Assembly: GCA_027492205.1 (NCBI GenBank)
Contig: JAOZFN010000009.1
Location: 64,001-128,000, forward strand
Source of the DNA: Thermoproteota archaeon
GTDB taxonomy: Archaea > Korarchaeota > Korarchaeia > Korarchaeales > Korarchaeaceae
Reading direction: 5' to 3'
Length of the DNA stretch: 64,000 bases
In this document: in pieces, positions 9,527 to 18,478 of the stretch
Layout of the letters: each line of letters starts with the position of its first letter
How positions within the stretch are numbered: the stretch's first letter is position 1
Notes under the pieces: model-generated
What the model saw: only the letters and a program-made list of their open reading frames with translations
Databases searched by the model: none
What the model was told of the DNA's origin: nothing
Translations under genes and position numbers: made by a program

Positions 9527-10348
9527 ATCGCCGAGATCCGAGGAAGGTCTCTCACGGTCAGGCTGGGGGACCTCGTCTACTCCCTTCTGGGAAGGATACA
9601 GATCCCCGTATACGAGAGGTACCTGTCCCGCAAAGTCCGTGAGGGCGCGATTCCTGAGCACATCGGGATAATCCTCGACGGGAACAGGAGGTTCGCCAGA
9701 TCGATGGGGCTCGACATCGCTGAGGGCTACAGGCTCGGGGCCGCGAAGGTCAAGGAGGTACTGGAGTGGTGCGACGAGATCGGCGTCAAGCACGTCACCC
9801 TTTTCGCCTTCTCGACTGAAAACTTCTCGAGACCTCCGGAACAGGTCAGAGCCGTTCTGTCAGTCATCCGAGAGGAGATTGACCGGCTCAGAAGCGAGCT
9901 CGACGACCTCAGGAGGAGGGGGGTCAGGGTTAGGTTCATTGGCAGGCTCGATCTCCTCCCAGAGGACCTCAAGGAAGCGGCCCGACGGCTGGAGTCAGCC
10001 ACGAGGGACTTTGGGGAGCGGACGGTCAACGTGGCGCTCGCCTACGGAGGGAGGGCTGAGATAATCGACGCGGTGAGGGAGATCGCCAGGAGGGTAAAGG
10101 CTGGGGAGCTCAGCCCCGATGAGATAGACGAGGGGACGTTCAAGAAGTTCCTCTACCTCCCGGACGTTCCCGACCCGGACCTGATCATAAGGACCTCGGG
10201 GGAGGAGCGCATAAGCAACTTTCTCCTGTGGCACTCCGCCTACTCTGAGTTCTACTTCATGGAGGCCTATCTGCCAGCTCTAAGGAAGGTGGACTTCCTC
10301 AGGGCCATCAGAGACTTTCAGAGGAGGCAGAGGCGCTATGGGAAGTGA
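9527..10348 (+). CDS. uppS: cis-prenyltransferase (undecaprenyl/polyprenyl diphosphate synthase)
   Basis: IPEHIGIILDGNRRFA (in frame but upstream of the first ATG at 9704), FAFSTENFSRP, YGGRAEI, PDLIIRTSGEERISNFLLW, RRYGK; start placed at ATC 9527 after a GGGGTGA SD. Confidence 0.92.
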   Translation: MAEIRGRSLTVRLGDLVYSLLGRIQIPVYERYLSRKVREGAIPEHIGIILDGNRRFARSMGLDIAEGYRLGAAKVKEVLEWCDEIGVKHVTLFAFSTENFSRPPEQVRAVLSVIREEIDRLRSELDDLRRRGVRVRFIGRLDLLPEDLKEAARRLESATRDFGERTVNVALAYGGRAEIIDAVREIARRVKAGELSPDEIDEGTFKKFLYLPDVPDPDLIIRTSGEERISNFLLWHSAYSEFYFMEAYLPALRKVDFLRAIRDFQRRQRRYGK

Positions 10349-11720
10349 CGGCCTGCTGTCGCGCACCTGTTTCCGTGAGTACGACATCAGGGGGGTCTAC
10401 GGTAGAGACCTAGATGCGGGAGGGGCGTACAGGGTTGGACTCGCTCTGGGAGAGTACCTCAGGTGCGGCGACGTGGTGGTCGGCAGGGACGGCCGGCTGT
10501 CCTCCCCGCAATTGGCCTCCGGAGTGATTGAGGGCCTCTTGGATCGCGGGTGCTCCGTTCTGGACATAGGGATGGTGCCCACGCCCGCGTTCTACTGGGC
10601 CGTCAGGAGACTCGGGGCCAGAGGGGGAGCGATGGTGACAGCCAGTCACAACCCCCCCGAGTGGAACGGCTTCAAGCTCGTCAAAGAAGATGCTAAGCCG
10701 CTCGCTCGCGGGTTCGGACTGGAGGTAGTCGAGGAGCTGGCTCTTTCCGATCTCAGTATGCTCGTGTCCGGGGAGAGGGGCACCAGAAGAGGGCTCGAGA
10801 TCTTGGATGAATACGTCACGGAGATCTCCGGCCTGGCGTCCGTCGGCGGCTCGCACAGAGTCGCGGTGGATGCGTCGAACGGGGTGGCCGCTCTCACCGC
10901 CCCACAGGCTTTGAGTAAAATTGGATGCGAGGTGAGGGTTCTGAATGGAGAGATCGATGGGAGGCTCCCATCCCACCCACCGGAGCCCCTACCCGAGCAC
11001 TTGGGTGAGCTGAGGGATGAGGTTCGGAGGGGAGGGTACGATCTGGGCGTTGCGTTCGACGGCGACGGCGACAGGTCCGCCTACGTTGACGATCGCGGTA
11101 GGGTGCTGACGGGAGACCAAGCCCTCGCGATCCTGAGCATGATGTACCTGGAGGATCACCCGGGGGGGGCCGTCGTCTTCGACGTCTCGTCCTCGTCGGT
11201 CGTGAGGGAGGTGGTGGAGGAACTCGGCGGGGTACCCGTTGAGGTGAGGGTGGGCAGCGCGTTCGTCAAGGAGAAGATGCTGGAGGTTGGCGCGGTCCTG
11301 GGTGGGGAGCGGAGCGGGCACCTGTACTTCTCCGAACTCGGCGGGACGGACGACGCCACGTTCGCCGCGCTGAAGATGGTCGAGGTCGTCGACCGCCTGG
11401 GCCCCTTATCCGCCCTGGTTGATTCTCTCCCCAAGTACCACATGATCTCCGCCACGGTCGAGTGTCCAGACGAGCTGAAGGGGACCGTGGTGGAGGCCGT
11501 CGCCAAGAAGATTGCCGAGGCGGCAGACAGGGTCGATCGGCTGGATGGGGTGAAGGCCTGGTTCGGCGACTCGTGGGTGCTGATACGTGCGTCGAACACG
11601 CAACCCCTGATACGCGTGACCGCCGAGTCCAAGTTGAGAGGGGAGGCGGAGAAGCTCGTCAACGAGGTCCTGAGGGCGTTGCGCGAGGTGAGGCTCAATG
11701 GATGGGGAGAGAGGCGGTGA
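10338..11720 (+). CDS. phosphomannomutase/phosphoglucomutase (alpha-D-phosphohexomutase)
   Basis: FREYDIRG, phosphoserine motif TASHNP, FDGDGDR metal loop, GGERSGH, RASNTQP. Confidence 0.93.
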   Translation: MGSDGLLSRTCFREYDIRGVYGRDLDAGGAYRVGLALGEYLRCGDVVVGRDGRLSSPQLASGVIEGLLDRGCSVLDIGMVPTPAFYWAVRRLGARGGAMVTASHNPPEWNGFKLVKEDAKPLARGFGLEVVEELALSDLSMLVSGERGTRRGLEILDEYVTEISGLASVGGSHRVAVDASNGVAALTAPQALSKIGCEVRVLNGEIDGRLPSHPPEPLPEHLGELRDEVRRGGYDLGVAFDGDGDRSAYVDDRGRVLTGDQALAILSMMYLEDHPGGAVVFDVSSSSVVREVVEELGGVPVEVRVGSAFVKEKMLEVGAVLGGERSGHLYFSELGGTDDATFAALKMVEVVDRLGPLSALVDSLPKYHMISATVECPDELKGTVVEAVAKKIAEAADRVDRLDGVKAWFGDSWVLIRASNTQPLIRVTAESKLRGEAEKLVNEVLRALREVRLNGWGERR

Positions 11721-12273
11721 GGTGCGCCCTGGGGGCGAGTTCGTTCTCTGGCCGATAAGAGTCAGGGCGATCCGAATCCGGACGAGGTCTGGAGAGAGGG
11801 AGAGGCCGCTCGTTGAACACCCGGGAGCCGCGGCCGTCGTCCCGGTGGAGGCGGGGGCTGTCTATCTCGTGAGACAGTGGAGGTACGCGGTGGGCGAGGA
11901 CCTCCTGGAGATCCCCGCGGGTACCAGGGAGGAGGGGGAGACCTTGGAGGAGTGCGCGTCCAGGGAGCTGATGGAGGAGGCGGGCCTGCGGGCGGGGAGG
12001 TTGGTCAGGCTCTTCGAAGGGTACCCCACCCCTGGATACGGGAGCGAGAGGTTGGCGATTTTCCTGGGGCTGGACCTGGAGCACGTTGAACGCGACTTAG
12101 AGGAGGACGAGTTCTTAGAGGTCGTGAGTATGCCGCTTCGAGAGGCCGTCCGCATGGTCCGAACGGGGCTCATTCGCGACATGAAGACTGCGCTCGGAAT
12201 CCTCTTGGCTTGGCAGGCGATTCAATTGGGGGAAGTCAGCCCGGGCTCGGGCCCCTCCAGCGGCGTACCCTGA
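11698..12273 (+). CDS. NUDIX hydrolase (ADP-ribose pyrophosphatase-like)
   Basis: HPGAAAVVP, RQWRY, Nudix box EIPAG...ECASRELMEEAG, IRDMKT. Confidence 0.9.
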   Translation: MDGERGGEVRPGGEFVLWPIRVRAIRIRTRSGERERPLVEHPGAAAVVPVEAGAVYLVRQWRYAVGEDLLEIPAGTREEGETLEECASRELMEEAGLRAGRLVRLFEGYPTPGYGSERLAIFLGLDLEHVERDLEEDEFLEVVSMPLREAVRMVRTGLIRDMKTALGILLAWQAIQLGEVSPGSGPSSGVP

Positions 12274-12670
12274 AGAGTGAATCCACCGGCTGAGAGAGGA
12301 CCCAGTCCACCGCCTCGCTCAGGCTTCCCTCCATCGACCGGAGCTTCACCAGGACCTCCTCTCTCACGGCGACCTCGAGCCTCTCGCCCGACTTGACGTT
12401 CAGAAAGGTGGCGGAAATCCCCTCGCCGGAGGGAGACTCAGCAACCTCGATGCTGAGCTTGCCCAGCGTGCAGCGCGACGAGCACTGGACGCCATCCAGG
12501 AAGCAGGTCTCCGGCCTCCTCGGGGGGAGCTCGACCCTGACCGTGAGGTCGAACTCCGACTGGGGATCGAGCTGAGAGACGGCCAGCTCCCCCGCAAGGT
12601 ACCCCAGGGTCAGGTAGGGCCCCAGGTGCCCGTGGAACACACCCGCTTCCTCAAGACTCAGACGACGCAT
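12236..12670 (-). CDS. FmdE/FwdE family protein (stand-alone domain)
   Basis: FHGHLGP...G and CFLDGVQ...CTLGK motifs; ATG at 12670 preferred over the ORF start 12718. Confidence 0.82.
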   Translation of the reverse strand: MRRLSLEEAGVFHGHLGPYLTLGYLAGELAVSQLDPQSEFDLTVRVELPPRRPETCFLDGVQCSSRCTLGKLSIEVAESPSGEGISATFLNVKSGERLEVAVREEVLVKLRSMEGSLSEAVDWVLSQPVDSLFRVRRWRGPSPG

Positions 12671-12733
12671 CCTCGGTCGACCTCGCCCATCGGCAGAAGG
12701 ACCACTTAAGCGCGCCATTTATGAGCCCGAAGG

Positions 12734-13540
12734 GTGCCTCCTTACAAGGTGACCGTAGAGAGGCTGAGCACCGGCGTCCCCGGAATTGACGGCATGCTGG
12801 GCGGCGGTATACCCAGGGGGTTCCTCGTGGCAGTGACGGGAGAGCCCGGGACCGGGAAGACCATCTTCTGCCTGCACTTCTCGTGGCAGGGGGTGAGGGA
12901 GGGTGACAAGGTCGTCTACGTGACCACGGAGGAGAGCAGAGAGTCGATACTGAGCCAGGCCGAGCAGTTCAACATGGACCTCGGAGGCGCCGTAGCCGAG
13001 GGCAAGGCCGTGGTGATCGACGCCCTCATGGGCAGGGCCAGCGACCAGTGGTCCCTCCGCTCCCTCAACCCGGAGGACCTGGTGGAGATCGTCCTGAAGG
13101 CCAAGAAGTACCTGGGCTACGGGAGAGCGAGGCTGGTGATCGACAGCATGAGCGCCTTCTGGCTCGACAAGCCGGCCATGGCCAGGAAGTACAGCTACTA
13201 CGTGAAGAAGGTCCTGTCCAGGTGGGACTTCACGGTCCTGGCCGTCAGCCAGTACGCCATAACGACTTCAGAGGCCTTCGGCTGGGGAATAGAGCACGTC
13301 GCCGACGGCATCATCCGCTTTCGTAGGTTCGTGCGGAGCGGAGTCCTGCGCAGGTACGTGATGGTCGAAAAGATGAGGCAGACCCCCCACGACCTCAGAA
13401 TGTACGAGATCTCCGTCGAGGACGGGCGCGGGTTGGTCGTCCTCCGACCGGCTGACATGAGGGCGGAGGACGTTGCCCTCCCTCCCAAGGTGACTGAGAG
13501 GATAGTGAGGGCCAGGAGGAGGGAGGAGGGGGCCCTTTAA
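12734..13540 (+). CDS. KaiC-domain RecA-superfamily ATPase (archaeal single-domain type)
   Basis: RLSTGVPGID, Walker A GEPGTGKT, YVTTEES, Walker B LVIDS, EKMRQT. Confidence 0.92.
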   Translation: MPPYKVTVERLSTGVPGIDGMLGGGIPRGFLVAVTGEPGTGKTIFCLHFSWQGVREGDKVVYVTTEESRESILSQAEQFNMDLGGAVAEGKAVVIDALMGRASDQWSLRSLNPEDLVEIVLKAKKYLGYGRARLVIDSMSAFWLDKPAMARKYSYYVKKVLSRWDFTVLAVSQYAITTSEAFGWGIEHVADGIIRFRRFVRSGVLRRYVMVEKMRQTPHDLRMYEISVEDGRGLVVLRPADMRAEDVALPPKVTERIVRARRREEGAL

Positions 13541-13565
13541 TCTGATTTTGCTGAGTCTGCGCGTC

Positions 13566-13775
13566 TTACACACGTTGGGGCCTCGCAAAGAGACCGTACA
13601 GGCCTAGATAGCTCAGGACGGTTCCCGCCACGGCCGAAATAAACGCCACCATGACGCTTGGGAAATCTGGGGTCTTCCAGTTCATCACCATCGCGAAGGA
13701 CAGTGCCAGAGCGATCAAAAGGAGGATCAGACCCAGTAGAGTCAGCCTTACTGCCCGGGGAACGATCGCCTCCAT
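13566..13775 (-). CDS. small hypothetical membrane protein (2 TM)
   Basis: From ATG 13775: MEAIVPRAVR plus two hydrophobic helices; fills the gap downstream of oppF. Confidence 0.55.
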   Translation of the reverse strand: MEAIVPRAVRLTLLGLILLLIALALSFAMVMNWKTPDFPSVMVAFISAVAGTVLSYLGLYGLFARPQRV

Positions 13776-13838
13776 CGGAGGCGGCTCAGAGAGCGCGAAA
13801 ATGGTGGGTGAGGGGTCGTGGTGGTTCAATTCTCCCAC

Positions 13839-14840
13839 TCACCTCTTGGAGTACAGGTGGCAGGCCACCCAGTGGCCCGGCTCGACCTCTATGAACGGAG
13901 GCTCCTCCTTGTCGCAGGGCTCGAACCTGTACGGGCAGCGGGGGTGGAACCTGCAACCAGGCGGAACGTTGGCGGCGCTTGGGACCTCGCCCTTTATGGG
14001 GATCTCCTTGATGACGTCCTTCATGCTGGGCTCGGGCTCCGGGACTGCGGCTATGAGAGCCTTAGTGTAGGGGTGGAGCGGGTTCTCGACCAGCGTGTCC
14101 GAATCGGCGAGCTCGACGATCTTGCCGAGGTACATTATGGCGATCCTGTCTGAAAAGTACCGAGCCGTGGACAGGTCGTGGGTGATGTAGAGGTAGGTCA
14201 GGCCGAACCTCTTCTTAACATCCTCCATCAGATTGAGTATCTCCGCCCTGATCGAGAGGTCGAGCATGGACACCGGCTCGTCGGCCACTATGAACTCGGG
14301 GTTGAGGATGAGCGCCCTGGCTATCGCAACTCTCTGCCTCTGACCCCCGGAGAGCTGATGCGGGAACCTACCCAGGAACTCCTCAGGGGGGACCATCCGC
14401 ACGCTCTCGAGGGCCCTTATGATCAGCTCCTCCCTCTCCGACCTGGTGTCTCCGATGCCCTGCAGGATGAGTGGCTCCTCCAAAACGTTGTAGACCCTGA
14501 ACCTCGGGTTGAGCGATCCGTAGGGGTCCTGGAAGATTATCTGAACCTTCTTCCTATACTCCCTCTCCTCCTCTCTGCTGAGGGTCGTTATGTCGGTCCC
14601 GTTGAAGTAGATCTTCCCGGAGGTGGGCTCGAGGAGCTTCACAATCAGCCTGCCGGTGGTTGTCTTCCCGCAGCCGGACTCGCCCGCCAGAGCGAAGACC
14701 TCGCCCTTGTGGATCTCAAATGAGACGTCGTCCACCGCCTTAACGCTCCGCGGGGGGGCTCCCTTGAGGAACTCTACGACGGACCTCCTGAGAGGGAAGT
14801 ACTTCTTCAGGTTCTCAACCTTGACCACCACTTCCGCCAT
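13839..14840 (-). CDS. oppF: oligopeptide ABC transporter ATPase
   Basis: GESGCGKTT, LSGGQRQR, ADEPVSMLD, HPYT, C-terminal CRFHPRC..C..C domain. Confidence 0.93.
   Translation of the reverse strand: MAEVVVKVENLKKYFPLRRSVVEFLKGAPPRSVKAVDDVSFEIHKGEVFALAGESGCGKTTTGRLIVKLLEPTSGKIYFNGTDITTLSREEEREYRKKVQIIFQDPYGSLNPRFRVYNVLEEPLILQGIGDTRSEREELIIRALESVRMVPPEEFLGRFPHQLSGGQRQRVAIARALILNPEFIVADEPVSMLDLSIRAEILNLMEDVKKRFGLTYLYITHDLSTARYFSDRIAIMYLGKIVELADSDTLVENPLHPYTKALIAAVPEPEPSMKDVIKEIPIKGEVPSAANVPPGCRFHPRCPYRFEPCDKEEPPFIEVEPGHWVACHLYSKR
13871..13955. repeat. 85-nt sequence identical to 14879-14963 (3' ends of oppF and oppD); a diverged third copy lies at about 22155-22239
   Basis: Direct base-by-base comparison: agtggcccggctcgacc...ggtggaacctgca. 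Confidence 0.9.
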
Positions 14841-14846
14841 GCTCCC

Positions 14847-15818
14847 TCACCTCTTGGCGAACAGATGACACCTCACGTAGTGGCCCGGCTCGACCTCTAT
14901 GAACGGAGGCTCCTCCTTGTCGCAGGGCTCGAACCTGTACGGGCAGCGGGGGTGGAACCTGCAGCCCGATGGCGGGTGTATCAGGTTGGGCGGGGCTCCC
15001 GGAATGAACTCCAGTCTCTCCACCTTCTTCTTCAGCCTCGGAATCGCGCCCAGCAGCTTCTGCGTGTATGGGTGTCGCGGGTTGAGGTATAGGTTTTCGG
15101 AGGGTCCTATCTCAACTATCTCGCCGGCGTACATTATCGCGAGCCTGTCGGCTATCTCCGAGATGACCGCCAGGTCGTGGGAGATGAAGATTATGGAGAG
15201 GTTGAGCTTCTTCTTCAGGGACTTTAGCAGATTGAGGATCTGAGCCTGAACGATGACGTCGAGAGCCGTGGTCGGCTCGTCCGCTATGATGACGTCCGGG
15301 TGCTCCAGCAGGGCCATGGCGATGACGGCCCTCTGCTTCATCCCGCCGCTTAGCTCGTGCGGGTACCTCTTGTAGATGTCCGGATCGAGTCCCACCAGCT
15401 CAAGGTGTTCCTTCACCCTCTCTGTGGCCTCCTCCTTTGACACGCCCTGGTGATATATTAGAGGCTCCGAGAGCTGGTCGCCGATCGTCAGGACAGGGTT
15501 GAGGGCGTTCATGGCTCCCTGGAATATCATCGAGATCTTCTTCCACCGGACCTCCCTCCTAAGCTCCTCGTCCGGCTTGCCCACGACCTCTATCCCGTCT
15601 ATCTTTATGCTCCCGTCAACGATCTTCCCTGGCGGCGGAAGCAGGTTGATGAGGGCAAAGCCGAGGGTACTCTTCCCGCAGCCGGACTCGCCCGCAAGGC
15701 CCAGGGACTCTCCCCTCTCAAGATCAAAGGAGACGTTGTCCACGGCCTTGACGGGCCCTCTGCTGGTCAGGTAATAGGCCTTCAGGTTCCGTACCTCTAG
15801 CAGGGGCATCGCAAACAC
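14847..15818 (-). CDS. oppD: oligopeptide ABC transporter ATPase
   Basis: GESGCGKST, LSGGMKQR, ADEPTTALD, HPYT, CRFHPRC; likely ATG start 15809. Confidence 0.93.
   Translation of the reverse strand: MFAMPLLEVRNLKAYYLTSRGPVKAVDNVSFDLERGESLGLAGESGCGKSTLGFALINLLPPPGKIVDGSIKIDGIEVVGKPDEELRREVRWKKISMIFQGAMNALNPVLTIGDQLSEPLIYHQGVSKEEATERVKEHLELVGLDPDIYKRYPHELSGGMKQRAVIAMALLEHPDVIIADEPTTALDVIVQAQILNLLKSLKKKLNLSIIFISHDLAVISEIADRLAIMYAGEIVEIGPSENLYLNPRHPYTQKLLGAIPRLKKKVERLEFIPGAPPNLIHPPSGCRFHPRCPYRFEPCDKEEPPFIEVEPGHYVRCHLFAKR
14879..14963. repeat. second copy of the 85-nt oppD/oppF identical segment
   Basis: Identical to 13871-13955. Confidence 0.9.
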
Positions 15819-15819
15819 C

Positions 15820-17256
15820 TCACAGGGTCCTCATCTTCGGACTCAGGATCTTGTTCAGCGCCGAGCCAAGGAGCGCGAAGGAGAGGCCGAGCATCGCTAT
15901 GGCGAGCCCAGGGGGTACGACCCACCACCACATCCCGTTGAGGGCAGCGGCGGATCCCTGCGCGTCGTGGAGTATCTGCCCCCAGGTCACCCTGCTGACG
16001 TCGCCCAATCCCAGGAACGACAACCCCGCCTCTAGAAGCACGTAGCCGGGAACGCCCAGAGCTATGGAGGCGAAGACGTACGGCAGGATCTGGGGCATCA
16101 TGTGCCTCAGTATTATCCACCTGCCGCCGGCGCCCAGGGCCCTGGCCGCCTCAACGTACTGCATCTCCTTGAGCTGGAACCCCATGCTCCTCACGACCTT
16201 GTTGGTCCCAGGCCAGGAGAAGAGGGTCATCAGGATGATCACCGGCCAGATCGTGGGCTTGTAGAACTCGAAGATGATGATCAGGAGGGGCAGAACGGGG
16301 ATCGAGGCGACGATCTCCGCCACCCTCTGCATCGCCTCGTCGGTCCAGCCCCCAAAGTAGGCGCTTGCCACCCCGTAGACCACTCCAATTAGCGTGGTCA
16401 GGACGGAGCTCACGATCCCCACCGCAAGAGAGACCCTCGTTCCCCAGACCAGGCCGGAGAAGAGATCCCTCCGCAGGGTGTCGGTGCCCAAGAGTCCGTA
16501 GACCTTGCCTGCCATGACGAGCTTAGGCTCAGAGATCTCATCGGCCGGATTGAATGTGTACACCTTCGCGGTGAAGACGTACTTGCCCTTGAGGGGGACT
16601 GCGCCCTTGGCAGTCATGATGCCCTCCTTGGCCTCTGAGAAGAGTATCCTCATGGGATCTATGAGCTGGTACTCCAGCGTGGAGGCGACCTCCGGGTTCT
16701 CGTACTCCCTCGCAAAGCCCACTAGTCGGGCTTTGAAGTCCTTCAGCGATGAGATCAAGAGCCTCTGCTCTCCTACCCCGCTCCCGGCGAGCTTGGTGGA
16801 CACCAGGTCTACCGTGGTCCCATCGGGCCTAGTCACTGTGAGGACGAGTGTGGGCGGCTTCGCAGGGTCTGTTACGTTGGCGGATATCAGGAGCATTAGG
16901 TCCGTCGGATAATCGTCGTAGGTGAAGTCGTACTCGAACACGAATGTATTCTCCGTTATCTGCCCCATCTGGCGGACGTCGGTGGAGGCAGGCTGTAGGA
17001 TCAGGTGGGGCGGCTTCTTCTTGGTGGAGAACACGTTTGTCCAGGCGGGTGGCACGGCTCGGGGGAGGTTCTGCCAGTAGGGAACGTCTCGCCAATGGGC
17101 GCTTGCGTCGGCGGGAGCTATGTACGGCGCGAAGACTGCCAGAACTATGAAGAATATCAGGATGACCATCCCAACTATCCCGCTCTTCTCCCTCCTGAAC
17201 TCGAACCAGAAGTCCGATAGGCTAGCCTTGAAATCCTCCCAGCGCACGCCAAACAC
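15820..17256 (-). CDS. oppC: oligopeptide ABC permease with large extracytoplasmic insertion
   Basis: LLGTDTLRRD, YVEAARALGA EAA motif, LSFLGLGD, WWWVVPPG. Confidence 0.92.
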   Translation of the reverse strand: MFGVRWEDFKASLSDFWFEFRREKSGIVGMVILIFFIVLAVFAPYIAPADASAHWRDVPYWQNLPRAVPPAWTNVFSTKKKPPHLILQPASTDVRQMGQITENTFVFEYDFTYDDYPTDLMLLISANVTDPAKPPTLVLTVTRPDGTTVDLVSTKLAGSGVGEQRLLISSLKDFKARLVGFAREYENPEVASTLEYQLIDPMRILFSEAKEGIMTAKGAVPLKGKYVFTAKVYTFNPADEISEPKLVMAGKVYGLLGTDTLRRDLFSGLVWGTRVSLAVGIVSSVLTTLIGVVYGVASAYFGGWTDEAMQRVAEIVASIPVLPLLIIIFEFYKPTIWPVIILMTLFSWPGTNKVVRSMGFQLKEMQYVEAARALGAGGRWIILRHMMPQILPYVFASIALGVPGYVLLEAGLSFLGLGDVSRVTWGQILHDAQGSAAALNGMWWWVVPPGLAIAMLGLSFALLGSALNKILSPKMRTL

Positions 17257-17265
17257 CTCCTTTTC

Positions 17266-18333
17266 TCAGACCGCCACCTGGGCCCCGACTTTCACCCTCG
17301 GATCGAGCAGGCCGTAGATCAGGTCCATTATGACAAGCGACGCGAGGTAAAGGATTATGCTGAATGTGGTGTTTCCGAGGAGCACCGGGACGTCGTGCTC
17401 CTGCAGTGCGATCCAGTACAGCCTCCCCATGCCGGGCCAGTTGAACACTATCTCTGATATCATCGCGCCGCCCAGCGAGCCCAGGAGGCCGAAGACCATC
17501 ATCGTTACAATCGGCGGAGCCGCGGCCCTCAGCACGTGCTTGTAGAGGACCTTCCTCTCTGGCACGCCCTTGGCCCGAGCGGCCATGACGTAGTCCTCTT
17601 GGAACTGGCTGAGAACTACGCTCCTCGCAGTATACGCCCACCCCCCGAAGCTCACCAAGACGGCGGTCGACACCGGCAGGATCATGTGGTAGATTATGTC
17701 CGCAACCCTCTCCAGCGTGCCCTCCGGCGGGGGTATGGAGGTCATGCCTCCAGAGGGAAGCAGGTCGAGGTAGTAGGAGAACACGATGATGGCGAGCATC
17801 CCGACCCACCACATCGGGAAGCTGTAGGTGATAAGGGCGAATATGGACAGGGACTTGTCGAGCATGCTGCCGGCTCTTTGGGCCGCCTTGAGGCCGAGGA
17901 TCAGGCCGATTATCGTGACTATTATGGTCGCAGTGGTGAAGAGGAGGATCGTCCTCGGCAGGGCCTCCAGTATTATCCTAGACACGTCGCTGGATCCAGT
18001 GGCGGACCTGAGGGTGTGAGACTTCCCCATGTCTAGCTTGAGCTGGTCAATGGCCCGTGACATGACCCGTTGGAGCAAGGGCTTGTCGAGGCCGTACCTC
18101 TTGTAGAGGATCTCCTTCTGCGTCTGATACCATATATCCCTCGCGGTCTTGTTCACCGAGAAGATCTTCAGCAGTTCCGGGTTCTTCATTTGGGCAGCAA
18201 TCTGCTCCTCTATCTGCGCGCGGAGCTCCCTGTCGGCAACGCTGGAGAAGATCAGGGATACGAGAAAGACCGCTATAACCAGCACTAGCAAGGCGTTTAG
18301 CACCCTAACTACGATGTACCGGCCATACCCCAA
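17266..18333 (-). CDS. oppB: oligopeptide ABC permease
   Basis: YGLDKP, DYVMAARAKG, EIVFNWPGMG, LLDPRV. Confidence 0.93.
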   Translation of the reverse strand: MGYGRYIVVRVLNALLVLVIAVFLVSLIFSSVADRELRAQIEEQIAAQMKNPELLKIFSVNKTARDIWYQTQKEILYKRYGLDKPLLQRVMSRAIDQLKLDMGKSHTLRSATGSSDVSRIILEALPRTILLFTTATIIVTIIGLILGLKAAQRAGSMLDKSLSIFALITYSFPMWWVGMLAIIVFSYYLDLLPSGGMTSIPPPEGTLERVADIIYHMILPVSTAVLVSFGGWAYTARSVVLSQFQEDYVMAARAKGVPERKVLYKHVLRAAAPPIVTMMVFGLLGSLGGAMISEIVFNWPGMGRLYWIALQEHDVPVLLGNTTFSIILYLASLVIMDLIYGLLDPRVKVGAQVAV

Positions 18334-18365
18334 TCGCCAGCACCGACGCGCGGCGTTCTAACAGG

Positions 18366-18373
18366 ATATAAAA
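18366..18373 (-). promoter_or_regulatory. TATA box for oppBCDF
   Basis: TTTTATAT about 33 nt upstream of TTG 18333, in an AT-rich intergenic region. Confidence 0.55.
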
Positions 18374-18442
18374 TGGTTAGCAGGGCAGCCTCAAAACGCT
18401 ATTCAAAACTGGCGGGGATTTTTGTTATAATTCTCTAAATTT

Positions 18443-18451
18443 AAAGAAAAA
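18443..18451 (-). terminator. oligo-T terminator after oppA
   Basis: TTTTTCTTT about 28 nt past the oppA stop. Confidence 0.5.
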
Positions 18452-18478
18452 GGGGAATGGGAGGCCCCTACACTCAAC

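Noticed and set aside
12734-13540. Circadian clock system
   Set aside because: Single-domain KaiC-like ATPase without kaiA/kaiB; this family is common in archaea.
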